In this document: piece by piece, positions 52,478 through 62,558 of the stretch
Layout: each line of letters starts with the position of its first letter
Position numbering within the stretch: position 1 is the first letter of the stretch
Assembly (NCBI GenBank): GCA_963743805.1
Contig: CAVUQY010000006.1
Location: 36,183 to 100,182, forward strand
Length of the DNA stretch: 64,000 nt
Source: an uncultured beta proteobacterium
GTDB lineage: Bacteria; Pseudomonadota; Gammaproteobacteria; Burkholderiales; SG8-39
Direction of reading: 5' to 3'
The notes under the pieces: model-generated
Databases searched by the model: none
What the model was told of the DNA's origin: nothing
Seen by the model: only the letters and a program-made list of their open reading frames with translations
Translations under genes and position numbers: made by a program

Positions 52478-53197
52478 TCAGTTCATGAACAGGCGCACGT
52501 GCGCCTTGACGTGCACCGCCGCCAGGATCTCGGTGAGCGGCGCGAAGCCGGCCATGTCGGACAGGCGCGCGGCGGCCGCGGCCTCGTAGGCGGCGTCCGC
52601 GCCGGCGTCGAGCCGGTAGAGGATCCGCTGCGTGTCGACGTGGCTGATCTTCATCAGCCGCAGCGCCGCGCTCAGGATCATCGCCGCGACGCCGTACTGG
52701 TGCACGACGAACGCGTCGCGCTCGGGGAGGCCCTGCACGGCGAAGTTGAGGCCGAGCGCCACCGGATAGCACCCGGGGGTGGCACCGGATTCGATCCGCT
52801 CCCGCCACGCCTTCAGCAGCGGCGCGCCGATCACCTCGGCGCCCATCTCGGCGAACTTCTTGCCCATGCGCACCGACATCGTCCGCGTCTCGCTCGAGAG
52901 CTTGCGCGCGTACACCCGCTCGTCGATGCGGACGAGCTCGTCGAGATCGCCCGCCGCCGCGGCGCGGTGCGCCCAGACGAGCGCGATGCCGTCGCCCATC
53001 GCCGCCTGCTCGACCGCGGTGCGCGCGTACGCGTGCAGCGTCTCGGCGTCGGTCACCACCCGCTTCTGGATCGCCGATTCGAGCCCGCCCGAGAACGCGA
53101 AGCTGCCGATCGGGAACATCGAGTCGCCGAACTGCAGCAGGCGCGCGGGGTTCGCCGCGCTGCCCGGCGCCGCGGCGGCGTCGTCGCGGGCGGTCAT
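52478..53197 (-). CDS. ureF: urease accessory protein UreF
   Basis: The 239 aa tail of ORF 52478..53866, starting [12 protein letters not shown]...[21 protein letters not shown]. It is intact. Confidence 0.85.
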   Translation of the reverse strand: MTARDDAAAAPGSAANPARLLQFGDSMFPIGSFAFSGGLESAIQKRVVTDAETLHAYARTAVEQAAMGDGIALVWAHRAAAAGDLDELVRIDERVYARKLSSETRTMSVRMGKKFAEMGAEVIGAPLLKAWRERIESGATPGCYPVALGLNFAVQGLPERDAFVVHQYGVAAMILSAALRLMKISHVDTQRILYRLDAGADAAYEAAAAARLSDMAGFAPLTEILAAVHVKAHVRLFMN

Positions 53198-53866
53198 TCG
53201 TGCGGGTCGGCGTGCGGGTGGGGATGCGGGTGCGAATGCGAATGCGAATGCGCGCGCACCGGCGGGCGGGCGTACGTCTCGCCCGTCGCCGCGTCGACCT
53301 CGACGTAGCGCTCGTGCGTGTGCGAATGCACCGGCCCCTCGGCGCCGCCGAACAGCCGCCGCGACTCGTGCGGCGCGAGGTACGGGACGATCTCGCCGCC
53401 GGGCACGAACTCGTAGCGGATGCCCTCGAAGCGGTGCGTGTTCATGACCGAGCTCATCACCTTGCGGTCGACGGTGAGCGGCACGTACACGCGGGCTGCC
53501 CTTGACGAGCGCCGGCCAGTGCTGGTTGCCGAGCGCATGGCCGAGCTCGACGCAGGTGCGGAGCGCGATGTCGGGCGCCGCACCGGCCATCCCGTCCAGG
53601 TGGATGATCATCACGTCGCGCAGGCTGATGCGCGCGACGACGGCGCGGCCGGCCGGCGCGTCCCAGAGCAGCACGTCGCCGTCGCGCATGAACGTGCCGC
53701 GGTCGAGCGAAACGGCGAGCTCGACGCCGCCCGCGGTCTTCTTGCGGAAGCGGTTCTTCTGCGCCTCCCAGTGGTCGAGCGCGAGCTCGTCGACGGCCAC
53801 GGCGCCGAGGCGCGCCGCCCACTCCGGGTCGGCGGCGTTGCCGAGCACGGCTTCGACGAGGATCAC
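53194..53866 (-). CDS. ureE: urease accessory nickel chaperone UreE with a His-rich tail, frame break near 53500
   Basis: [10 protein letters not shown]...[16 protein letters not shown], then ORF 53194..53583, ending HSHTHERY...[18 protein letters not shown]. Confidence 0.85.
53201..53254 (-). repeat. hexanucleotide-periodic tract (TGCGNN)n including (TGCGAA)x3, encoding the His-Ser/His-Pro tail of UreE
   Basis: Read directly from the sequence: tgcgggtcggcgtgcgggtggggatgcgggtgcgaatgcgaatgcgaatgcgcg. Confidence 0.6.
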
Positions 53867-53876
53867 GGTGCGCGAA

Positions 53877-55600
53877 TCAGCTGAAGAAGTACTTCTGGTT
53901 GAGCGACACCGTCTTCAGCGGCTTCACGGTGGCGTGCTTGCCGTCGACCGTGACCGCGAACGTCTCCGGGCTCACCTCGATCTTCGGCGTGCCGGAATTG
54001 CGCACCATGTCGCGCTTGCCGATCTTGCGCATGTTCTTCGCCGCCATCACCTGCCGGTCCAGGCCGAGCTTCTTCTTGATGCCCGCGGCGTGCGCGGCGG
54101 CCGAGACGAAGGTGATGCAGGTGTCGGGCAGCGCCTTGCCGAAGGCGCCGAACATCGGCCGGTAGTAGACCGGCTGCGGCGTCGGCAGCGACGCGTTCGG
54201 ATCGCCCATCACCGCCCAGCTGATGACGCCGCCCTTGAGCACGAGCTTCGGCTTGGCGCCGAAGAACGCCGGCTCCCACAGCACCAGGTCGGCGATCTTG
54301 CCGACCTCGACCGAGCCGAGCACGTGCGAGATGCCGTGCGTGATCGCCGGGTTGATCGTGATCTTCGCCACGTAGCGCAGGACGCGGAAGTTGTCGTTGC
54401 CCTTGGCGTCCTCCGGCAGCTTGCCGCGCCCGGTCTTCATCGCGTCCGCGGTCTGGATGGTGCGCAGCCAGCACTCGCCGATGCGGCCCATCGCCTGCGA
54501 GTCGCTCGACATCATCGAGATCACGCCGAGGTCGTGCAGCACGTTCTCGGCGGCGATGGTCTCGGCGCGGATGCGGCTCTCGGTGAACGCCACGTCCGAC
54601 GGGATGTCGGGGCTGAGGTGGTGGCACACCATGATCATGTCGTAGAGCTCCGCCTGCGAGTTGATGCCGTAGGGGAGCGTGGGGTTGGTCGAGGACGGCA
54701 GCACGTTCGGCAGCGCCCGAGATCTTGATGATGTCCGGCGCGTGGCCGCCGCCCGAGCCCTCGGTGTGGAACGAGTGGACCGCGCGGCCCTCGAACGCGT
54801 CGATCGTGTCCTCGACGAAGCCGGACTCGTTGAGCGTGTCGGTGTGGATGCACACCTGCACGTCCATCTCGTCGGCGACGGTGAGCGCCGAGCGCAGCAC
54901 CGCCGGCGTGGTGCCCCAGTCCTCGTGGCACTTGAAGCCGACCGCGCCGGCCTCGATCTGCTCGACGAGCGCCGCCTTGCCGTGCCCGTGGCCCTTGCCG
55001 AGGATGCCGACGTTGACCGGCCAGCTCTCGAAGGCGCGCAGCATCATGCGGATGTTGCCCGGCCCCGAGGTGACGGTCGTCGCATTGGAGCCGTCCGACG
55101 GGCCGGTGCCGCCGCCGATCAGGGTCGTCGTGCCGTTGGACAGCGCCGCGTACGCCTGCTGCGGCGAGATGTAGTGGATGTGCGTGTCGATGCCGCGCGG
55201 CGGTCAGGATCAGGTGCGCGCCCGAGATCGCGTCGGTCGCGAGGCCGCACTCGAGGCCCGGCGTGATCCCGTCCATCGTCTGCGGGTTGCCGGCCTTGCC
55301 GATGGCGCAGATGCGGCCGTCCTTGATGCCGACGTCGGCCTTCACCACGCCGAGCACCGCGTCGATGATCGTCACGTTGGTGATCACCAGGTCGGGCGCG
55401 CCGCCCGCGCGCGTGATCCGGTTGTCCATGCCCATGCCTTCGCGCAGGCTCTTGCCGCCGCCGAAGACGATCTCGTCGCCGGGCGCGCCGCGCAGGTCGC
55501 GCTCGATCTCGACGAAGAGGCCGGTGTCGCCGAGGCGGATGCGGTCGCCGGTGGTGGGACCGAACAGGCCGACGTACTCGTTGCGTGAAATCGTTGCCAT
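53877..55600 (-). CDS. ureC: urease alpha subunit UreC, frame breaks near 55195 and 54715
   Basis: [26 protein letters not shown]...; [14 protein letters not shown]...[15 protein letters not shown]; MVCHHL...NPAITHGI...; stitched from ORFs 54635..56083, 53863..55047 and 53877..54704. Confidence 0.95.
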
Positions 55601-55629
55601 CGGGGTCCTCGCGTGGGGAGTGCTGCGGC

Positions 55630-56083
55630 TCAGCGCTTCTTCGCGGCCGGACGAACGGAAGCCGCGCTTCGCGGCCAGCGCGACCGCCTTCGCCTTGCGC
55701 GCCTCGGCGGTCTTGCCGGCGGTCGCGCCGTCGACCAGGTTGTTGAAGCCGTAGACCGCGCGCTTGCCCAGGTAGGGCACCAGGTTCACCTCGCGCTCGT
55801 CGCCGGGCTCGAAGCGGAGCGCCGTGGACGCCGGAATGTTGAGGTGCTGCCCGAAGGCGGCCGTGCGGTCGAACTCGAGCGCGCGGTTGACCTCGAAGAA
55901 ATGGAAGTGCGAGCCGACCTGCACCGGGCGGTCGCCGGTGTTGCGCACCTTGAGCGCGGTGACCGGCAGCTTCTCGTGGAACGAGACCGCCTCCTTCCGG
56001 CACACATAGCCGCCCACCGGTACGTTGGCCGTCGCCGGATCGACGTCGGCCGCGAGGCTGGGGTAACTCTTGGGTGCCGCCAT
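55630..56083 (-). CDS. ureB: urease beta subunit UreB with N- and C-terminal extensions. As given it has no stop and runs in-frame into ureC.
   Basis: [28 protein letters not shown]...[13 protein letters not shown] in ORF 54635..56083. A TGA in the +1 frame at about 55630 would end the protein at ...GR.KKR. Confidence 0.9.
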
Positions 56084-56106
56084 GGCTACGCTCCTCTCGC
56101 GCTCGT

Positions 56107-56409
56107 CACTGGATGGGGGTGTGCACGGTCACGAGGCGGCTGCCGTCGGTGAACACCGCCTCGATCTGCACCATCGGGAATCAGGTCGGCGACGCCGTCC
56201 ATCACGTCGGCCTTGGTGAGCGCGGTGCGCGCCTCCTTGGTCACCTCTTCGATCGTCTTGCCGTCGCGCGCGCCGTCGAGGGCGGCGGCGGAGATGATGG
56301 CAACGGCTTCCGGGTAGTTGAGCTTGATGCCCTTCGCCTTGCGCTTCAGCGCCACCTCGGCCAGCATGTAGACGAGGAGCTTGTCGAACTCCCTGGGTGT
56401 GAGTTGCAT
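56107..56409 (-). CDS. ureA: urease gamma subunit UreA, frame break near 56180
   Basis: [56 protein letters not shown]...[10 protein letters not shown], then the corrected tail [22 protein letters not shown]. Confidence 0.9.
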
Positions 56410-56529
56410 TGAGATCCCCCGCGTGAGCAGTCGGCCAGCGCCTGCGAGCGGGCCACTGTATCGATGCGATCCGGCCGGGTCAAGGTTCCGCGCGCGGCGG
56501 GTTTCACCGATTGAACGAGGCGTGAGCAG

Positions 56530-57837
56530 ATGACCGACGACGTGGTGCGCCGCGATGCGGGCCCGGTGCAGATTTCCGACCGGGCGATCCTGCTGATCGT
56601 CGCCGCGTACGCCGCGGCGTTCGTCGTGTTCGGACTCGCCGTCGACGGCCCCGTCGCCGTCGCCCGCGGCCTCGTCGCGATCATCACGTCGCGCGACACC
56701 CTGCTCACCGACTACTTCGGCATCGGCGGGATCGGCGCCGGCTGCGTGAACGCCGGGCTGCTGACCCTGTGCGCATGCCTCGTTTACTACAAGGCGGGCG
56801 CGAAGATGACCGGCGCCGCGGTCGCGTGCCTCTTCCTGGTGCTCGGCTTCGCGCTGTTCGGGAAGAACCTGCTGAACGTCTGGTGCATCGTCATCGGCGT
56901 CGCGCTGTATTCCCGGTTCAGGGGTGAAACGTTCGCGACGCACATCAACACGGCGTTCTTCGGCGTGGCGCTCGCGCCGATCTTCTCCGAGATCCTGTTC
57001 AGCACCAGCCTCACCCCGGCCGTCAGCGTCCCGCTCGCCATCGCCACCAGCCTCGCGATCGGGTTCATCCTGCCGCCCGCCGCGGCGCAGCTCTTCAAGG
57101 CCCACATGGGCTTCACCCTGTACAACATGGGATTCACCGCGGGCCTGGTGGGGACGCTCGTCGTCGCGCTGTACAAGTCATACGGCTTCGTGCCCGACCC
57201 GGTCTTCATCTGGACGACCGGAAACAACGTCCTGCTCGGTGCGTTCCTGTCGGTCGTGTTCGCCTCGATGATCGCCGTCGGGTTCCATTTCGACCGGCGC
57301 CTTCCGTCCGGGATAAGGAAGGTGATCGGCACGTCGGGTCAGTCGCCGACCGATTTCATCGCGCTCGCCGGGATCGGCCCGACGCTCGCCAACATGGGGC
57401 TGTGCGGCGCGATCGGCATGGCCTACATCCTCGCCGTCGGCGGCGAGCTGAACGGGCCGGTGATCGGCGCGATCTTCACGATCGTCGGCTTCGCGGCGTT
57501 CGGCAAGCACCCGCGGAACATCGTGCCGATCATGCTCGGCGTGTTCCTCGGGTCGCTCGCCAAGCCGTGGAGCGCGGACGATCCGTCGGTCCTGCTCGCC
57601 GCGCTGTTCGGAACGACGCTCGCGCCGATCGCGGGACGCTTCGGGTGGCACTGGGGCGTCGTGGCCGGTTTCGTGCACTCGTCCGCCGCGCAGACCGTGG
57701 GCCCGCTGCATGCCGGCCTCAACCTGTACAACAACGGCTTCGCCGCCGGCATCGTCGCGTCCGTGCTCGTGCCGGTCATCATCGCCATCCGGTCCAGAAC
57801 GAGGCCCGAAGAAGTGGTGGCGAAAGACGACAAGTAG
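56530..57837 (+). CDS. DUF1576-like polytopic membrane protein
   Basis: Intact 435 aa ORF with about 11-12 TM helices. It is transcribed divergently from ureA across a 120-bp spacer. The family name is from memory and was not searched. Confidence 0.6.
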   Translation: MTDDVVRRDAGPVQISDRAILLIVAAYAAAFVVFGLAVDGPVAVARGLVAIITSRDTLLTDYFGIGGIGAGCVNAGLLTLCACLVYYKAGAKMTGAAVACLFLVLGFALFGKNLLNVWCIVIGVALYSRFRGETFATHINTAFFGVALAPIFSEILFSTSLTPAVSVPLAIATSLAIGFILPPAAAQLFKAHMGFTLYNMGFTAGLVGTLVVALYKSYGFVPDPVFIWTTGNNVLLGAFLSVVFASMIAVGFHFDRRLPSGIRKVIGTSGQSPTDFIALAGIGPTLANMGLCGAIGMAYILAVGGELNGPVIGAIFTIVGFAAFGKHPRNIVPIMLGVFLGSLAKPWSADDPSVLLAALFGTTLAPIAGRFGWHWGVVAGFVHSSAAQTVGPLHAGLNLYNNGFAAGIVASVLVPVIIAIRSRTRPEEVVAKDDK

Positions 57838-57965
57838 CGCGCGATCGTTGACGCTCCGGCGTCGCGGGCGGTACGCTCCGCCGGCGCCCGGACGGACGAT
57901 CTCTTCGCCGCGGCGACGCGGGACGAGCGAAGGCGCGAGAGATCGGTGGCTCCGGGACTGACGGC

Positions 57966-58574
57966 ATGGATGTGACAGCGCAACGCCACTCGCGGGGCGA
58001 CACAATGCGGGCCGACGCCGCGCGCATCGAAGTGCACGTCGGCGAGCTCAAGCAGCTGTACCACTCGATGGATCCCGCCCCGTTTCGCGAACGCGATCTC
58101 GATCCGAAGGTCGAGGAGTTCATCGTCGACTCGGCCCGCGAGCTGCAGCGCAACGCACCGCTCGCGCTGGTCGTGCGCCTGTCCCGCCAGGCCGCCACGG
58201 GCGAGGACGTCGAAACGCTGCGACAGGCCGTCCGCGAGTACTTCGCCCAGCGCGCGACCGTCACCCGCGCGCGACTCCGGCGGCTGTTCCGCATCGGGCG
58301 CTGGGCCCTCCTGATCGGTCTCGCGTTCGTCGCCGCCGCGAACCTGATCGGGGACCACCTGGCCGACCTCGTCGGGCGGTACCACTACGGCCGGTTCCTG
58401 CACGAGAGCATCGTGATCGGCGCCTGGGTCGCGCTGTGGCGGCCGCTCGAGATCTTCCTCTACGACTGGTGGCCGGTTCTCGGCGAGGCGCGGCTCTTCG
58501 ACCGGCTGAGCGCGATGCCGGTGCAGATCGTCGATGCGCCGCGGTCGGGTGCGGCGCCCGCCCATCCGGCCTGA
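57966..58574 (+). CDS. hypothetical membrane protein (two C-terminal TM helices)
   Basis: Intact 202 aa ORF. It has a soluble N-terminal half followed by RWALLIGLAFVAAANLIG and SIVIGAWVALW. I could not recognise a family. Confidence 0.45.
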   Translation: MDVTAQRHSRGDTMRADAARIEVHVGELKQLYHSMDPAPFRERDLDPKVEEFIVDSARELQRNAPLALVVRLSRQAATGEDVETLRQAVREYFAQRATVTRARLRRLFRIGRWALLIGLAFVAAANLIGDHLADLVGRYHYGRFLHESIVIGAWVALWRPLEIFLYDWWPVLGEARLFDRLSAMPVQIVDAPRSGAAPAHPA

Positions 58575-58627
58575 CGCCTTCGCTCGCGCCCGGGACGGCG
58601 ACACCGCGTAACTGGAGCTCCACCCCA

Positions 58628-59299
58628 ATGTTCAAGCGCAGCACCCAATCCATCGCTGCGACCTGGCTCGCGGGACTGCTGATGCTGTTGCCGCTCGCGC
58701 TGACGGTGGCGGTGCTCGGCTGGGTGTTCAGTCTCGTCTACGGGCTGGTCGGGCCGGGCAGCTTCGTCGGCAAGATCTTCGCCGCCCTGGGGTATCCCTT
58801 CTCCAGCAATCCCGGTCTCGCGTATCTCTTCGGCGCCCTGGTGCTGATCGCGGCGATCTATCTCCTGGGACTGCTCGTGCAATCCCGTCTGACGCGACCG
58901 ATCCAAAGGCTCGTCGATCGCATGCTGCGGGGCATTCCGCTGATCGGCCGCGTGTACGGCCTCGCCGACCGGTTCGTCGGCCTGCTGGACCAGAAGCAGG
59001 AGGCGGACATCGGCGCGATGAGTCCGGTGTGGTGCTTCTTCGGCGGCGACGGCGTGGCGGTGCTCGCGCTCGCGCCGAGTCCGCAGCCGATCGACATCGA
59101 CGGGCGCAGGTACGTCGCGGTGCTGGTCCCGACCGCGCCGGTGCCGTTCGGGGGCGCGCTGCTCTACGTGCCGGCCGACTGGGTGCGTCCGGCGAACATC
59201 GGGGTCGACCGGCTGACCGGGATCTATGTCTCGATGGGCATCACGCCGCCGCCGGCGCCCGGAAAGCCGGACGCGGCCGACCTTCGTCGCGGGAGCTAG
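58628..59299 (+). CDS. DUF502-family membrane protein
   Basis: A segment of ORF 58436..59299 from the ATG at 58628: MFKRSTQSIAATWLAGLLMLLPLALTVAVLGWVF...GIPLIGRVYG...VPTAPVPFGGALLYVP. This is typical DUF502. Confidence 0.75.
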   Translation: MFKRSTQSIAATWLAGLLMLLPLALTVAVLGWVFSLVYGLVGPGSFVGKIFAALGYPFSSNPGLAYLFGALVLIAAIYLLGLLVQSRLTRPIQRLVDRMLRGIPLIGRVYGLADRFVGLLDQKQEADIGAMSPVWCFFGGDGVAVLALAPSPQPIDIDGRRYVAVLVPTAPVPFGGALLYVPADWVRPANIGVDRLTGIYVSMGITPPPAPGKPDAADLRRGS

Positions 59300-59303
59300 A
59301 CCG

Positions 59304-59326
59304 CGCGCGGCCGACGACGCCGCGCG
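59304..59326. terminator. GC-rich hairpin (8-bp stem CGCGCGGC / GCCGCGCG, 7-nt loop) between convergent genes
   Basis: Read directly from the sequence between the DUF502 stop (59299) and the hydrolase stop (59331). There is no clear U-tract. Confidence 0.35.
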
Positions 59327-59330
59327 TCGA

Positions 59331-60837
59331 TCACTTCGCCGGAAGACCCGCCGCGGCCTGCGGCTTGCCCCCGGCGCGGCCGCCGATTCCCTCCTCGATG
59401 CGATCCCGCATGTAGGGGAAGAAGGGGTTGGAGGCCACCCGCACCAGCGAATCCAGCGGGAGGATCAGCACCCCGACCTCGCCGCGCGTGGTCATCGTGC
59501 CCAGGTTGACGCCGAAGTCCTCGTCCGTGCCCGGATCCATCCCGTAGAGCGCATCGCTCACCGGGAACGGGATGGCGACGTGCGACAGCGAGTACACCTC
59601 GCGCGGGTACGTCGAGGCCGAGCATCCGGGTCCGTTCCGTCGTCGTCCCCGCCGCCACGACGCGCTCGACGACCTCGTTGGTGCCGGGGCCCGCGTTGGC
59701 GATGATCGTGGTCGTGTACGGTCGCGGCGGCGCCGGCACGAGGCGGTCGAGGGCGCCCTCGACGCTGGCGCGCAGGAGCGGACTGACCAGCGCGTTCCGG
59801 TTCAGGTCGAACAGCACGAGCTCGCTGCCGTTCGCGGGCAGGTTGCCGTACAGCGCGGTCACGATCGCGCGCGTGCTGACGGTGAAGTCCACCACCGACT
59901 GGAAGGTCAGGATCGGCGGCAGCTCGGCGAGCCGGTTGTCGCGCGCGTAGCTCGCGATCTGCTCCTGCAGGACGCGCGTCAGCAGCGACGACTGGCGCGC
60001 GCCGTTGATGGGGAACGAGTTGTACTTGAACGGATTGAACTCCGGCGTCACGCTGAGCCACGCGGCGTTCGCGAACGCCGGGAACACGGCGGGCCAGCCG
60101 AATATCCCGGCGAACCGCGCGAACGCCGTGATGCCGATCATCGGCGAGATGAGCACGAGGCGATCGGGCCGCGTCAGCGCCTTGTCGCCGAGGGCGTCGA
60201 GCGCGTACTGCATCGCGAGCGCGCCGCCGTTGGAGAACCCGACGAGGTGCAGGGGCTTCGACGGACCGATGCGGCGGCGCGCCTCCCGCACGGCGAGGCG
60301 CGTGGCTTCCGCCCAGTCCTCCCACTCGACGTCGGTCAGGCCGGCCGGCACGGTGCCGTGCGCCGGCAGCCGGATCGCGACGCTGACCCAGCCGTGCGCC
60401 CGGTACCGGCGCGCGACGTGCCGCAGGCTGTACGGGGAATCGGTCAGCCCGTGCAGCAGGACGACTGCACCGACCGGCGCGCCGTCCGGCTCCAGGATGT
60501 AGGAGCGATTCCAGTCGGTGACGAAGCGCCCCGGATAGATCGGGCTCCCGTCGAAGTAGCGGTTCGTCGGGACTCGCTCCTCGGGTTCCAGTTTCTCGGT
60601 GACCTTGGCCCGCACTTCATCGAAGAGCTCGTTCTCCGCCTTGAGGTACTCGGGCCATTCGATCTTCCGGATCTTCTTCGCCGTGAGGTCGTGGGGCGTG
60701 TAGGTGTGCCAGCGCGAGAGCGGCGGGCCGCGCTGGGCGTCGTACGCGCGGATCGCCAGCAGACCCAGGACCGCCAGGACGAGCAGTCCCACGGTCCACT
60801 TCAACAGGCTGAACAACTTCGATCGCATTGCCTTCAT
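59331..60837 (-). CDS. membrane-anchored alpha/beta hydrolase (lysophospholipase-like), frame break near 59605
   Basis: The N-terminal TM helix is WTVGLLVLAVLGLLAI. The nucleophile elbow is GFSNGG. ORF 59296..60837 joins to ORF 59331..59597. Confidence 0.75.
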
Positions 60838-60903
60838 CCTCCCGAACTGCGGGCGGCATCGTACCTTGGCTGTCGCCGCCCTACTAGGACGACGTGCCGC
60901 GCG

Positions 60904-61521
60904 TTACGCGCGATAGAACCCGGCCGGCTCCTCGAGTCCGGCGTCGTGAAACGCCTCGCGGCGCTTCACGCACTGCGGGCAGCGGCCGCAGTGCACCGGG
61001 TAGCCGAGCAGGCAGGAGTAGGTGGTGTCGTAGTCGACGCCGAGGTCGAGCCCGCGCCGGATCACGTCGGCCTTCGAGAGATCGAGATACGGTGCGCGCA
61101 GCTCGACGTCGCCGAGCAGCCCGCAGATCAGCCGGAACTGCGCGAGGAAGGCGTGCGACGACGAGGGATACTCGGTCGTGTCCGCGCGGTTCGCGGCGAG
61201 GTATAGGCGTTTCGCGCCGAGGTTGGCGGCGTACGAGAGCCCGAGCGAGAGCGCGACGAGGTTCCGATGCGGGAGCGGGACGTGCGCCTTCCGGTCCTGG
61301 CCGCGGCGGAACGTCGCGCCGACGCGCGCGAGGTCGAGCGCGACGAGCTCCACGCCGAGGCGCGCGCACTGGCCCTCCGCCGCGCGGCGCTCCTCGGCCG
61401 CGCCGCGCTGGCCGTAGTCGATGAAGAGCGCCTGCACCGGCTCGCCGGCCTCCGCGAGCTGCACGAGGAGGGTCGTGCTCTCGACGCCGCCGGACAGGAG
61501 CAGGATCGATGCGGTTTCCAC
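60904..61521 (-). CDS. QueC-like PP-loop ATPase (7-cyano-7-deazaguanine synthase family paralog)
   Basis: Intact 205 aa ORF. The PP-loop is LLLSGGVESTT. The C-terminal Zn cluster is SC...HCGRCPQC. The central substrate region (ADTTEYPSSS) diverges from the canonical QueC DYSGYPDC. Confidence 0.8.
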   Translation of the reverse strand: METASILLLSGGVESTTLLVQLAEAGEPVQALFIDYGQRGAAEERRAAEGQCARLGVELVALDLARVGATFRRGQDRKAHVPLPHRNLVALSLGLSYAANLGAKRLYLAANRADTTEYPSSSHAFLAQFRLICGLLGDVELRAPYLDLSKADVIRRGLDLGVDYDTTYSCLLGYPVHCGRCPQCVKRREAFHDAGLEEPAGFYRA

Positions 61522-61595
61522 GCGTCGAGCCTAGCACGCCGCACCGGGCCGGCGGCCCTGTAAAATCGTCGCACTCCTCCCCTGTCCGACGCCCG

Positions 61596-61904
61596 ATGAG
61601 CCACTACAAGCATCACGTGTTCTTCTGCTGCAACCAGCGCGAGCCGGGCGAGAACTGCTGCCAGAACCACAAGGCGGACGAGCTGCGCGACTACGCGAAG
61701 AAGCGCGTCAAGGCGCTCGGCCTCGACGGGAAGGGGAAGGTGCGCGTCAACAAGGCCGGCTGCCTCGACCGTTGCGACGAGGGGCCGGTGATCGTCGTGT
61801 ACCCCGAGGAGGTCTGGTACACGTACGTGGACAAGTCGGACATCGACGAGATCGTCGAGGAGCACCTCAAGCACGGTCGCGTCGTCGAGCGGCTGCGCAT
61901 ATGA
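61596..61904 (+). CDS. thioredoxin-like [2Fe-2S] ferredoxin
   Basis: [22 protein letters not shown]...[19 protein letters not shown]. It has the Cys pattern of (2Fe-2S) ferredoxin-domain proteins and is intact. Confidence 0.8.
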   Translation: MSHYKHHVFFCCNQREPGENCCQNHKADELRDYAKKRVKALGLDGKGKVRVNKAGCLDRCDEGPVIVVYPEEVWYTYVDKSDIDEIVEEHLKHGRVVERLRI

Positions 61905-62558
61905 CGCGTACGGCGGCCGCCGGAGCGGCTCGCCGTCGACGGTCCGGCCGGCAAGATCGAAGTCGTCATCGACCATCCGTCGGTGTTCCCCAGCGAGGGC
62001 GCCGACGAACCGGCGCGCGGGATCGGCCTGGTCGCGCACCCCCATCCGCTGTTCGGCGGCACGCTGGACAACAAGGTCGCGCAGACGCTCGCGCGCATCT
62101 TCGCCGACCTGGGCTACATCGCGGTCCGGCCCAACTTCCGCGGCGTCGGCGCAAGCGAGGGCGAGCACGATCACGGCGTGGGCGAGACCGACGACCTCGT
62201 CGCGGTGGTCGAGTGGGCGCAGGGGCGGTTCGGGCCGCTGTCGGTTGCGGCCGCGGGATTCTCGTTCGGGGCGTACGTCGTCACGCGCATGGCCGCCCGC
62301 GTGGCGGTCGAGCGGCTGGTGCTCGTCGGCATGCCGCACGGCATGGTGACGGGCGGGCGCACCTACACGCCCGGGACGGTGCCGGAGGACACGATCGTGA
62401 TCCACGGCGAGCAGGACGAGACCGCGCCGCTCGCGAACGTGCTCGAGTGGGCGCGGCCGCAGGAGCTGCCGATCGTGCTCGTGCCCGGCGCGGATCACTT
62501 CTTCCATCGCCGCCTGCACCTGCTGCGGCGGATCGTGAAGGGCCAGTGGCAGAAGTGA
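61901..62558 (+). CDS. alpha/beta hydrolase (small, single-domain), frame break near 61925
   Basis: The ATG overlaps the ferredoxin stop (ATGA). [20 protein letters not shown] then continues into ORF 61983..62558 ([20 protein letters not shown]...GFSFGAYV...HGEQDE...ADHFF). Confidence 0.7.

Noticed and set aside
60904-61521. QueC-like gene as part of a Qat-type or dpd-type defence or DNA-modification system.
   Set aside because: None of the partner genes are nearby (ATPase, TatD-like nuclease, transglycosylase, helicases).
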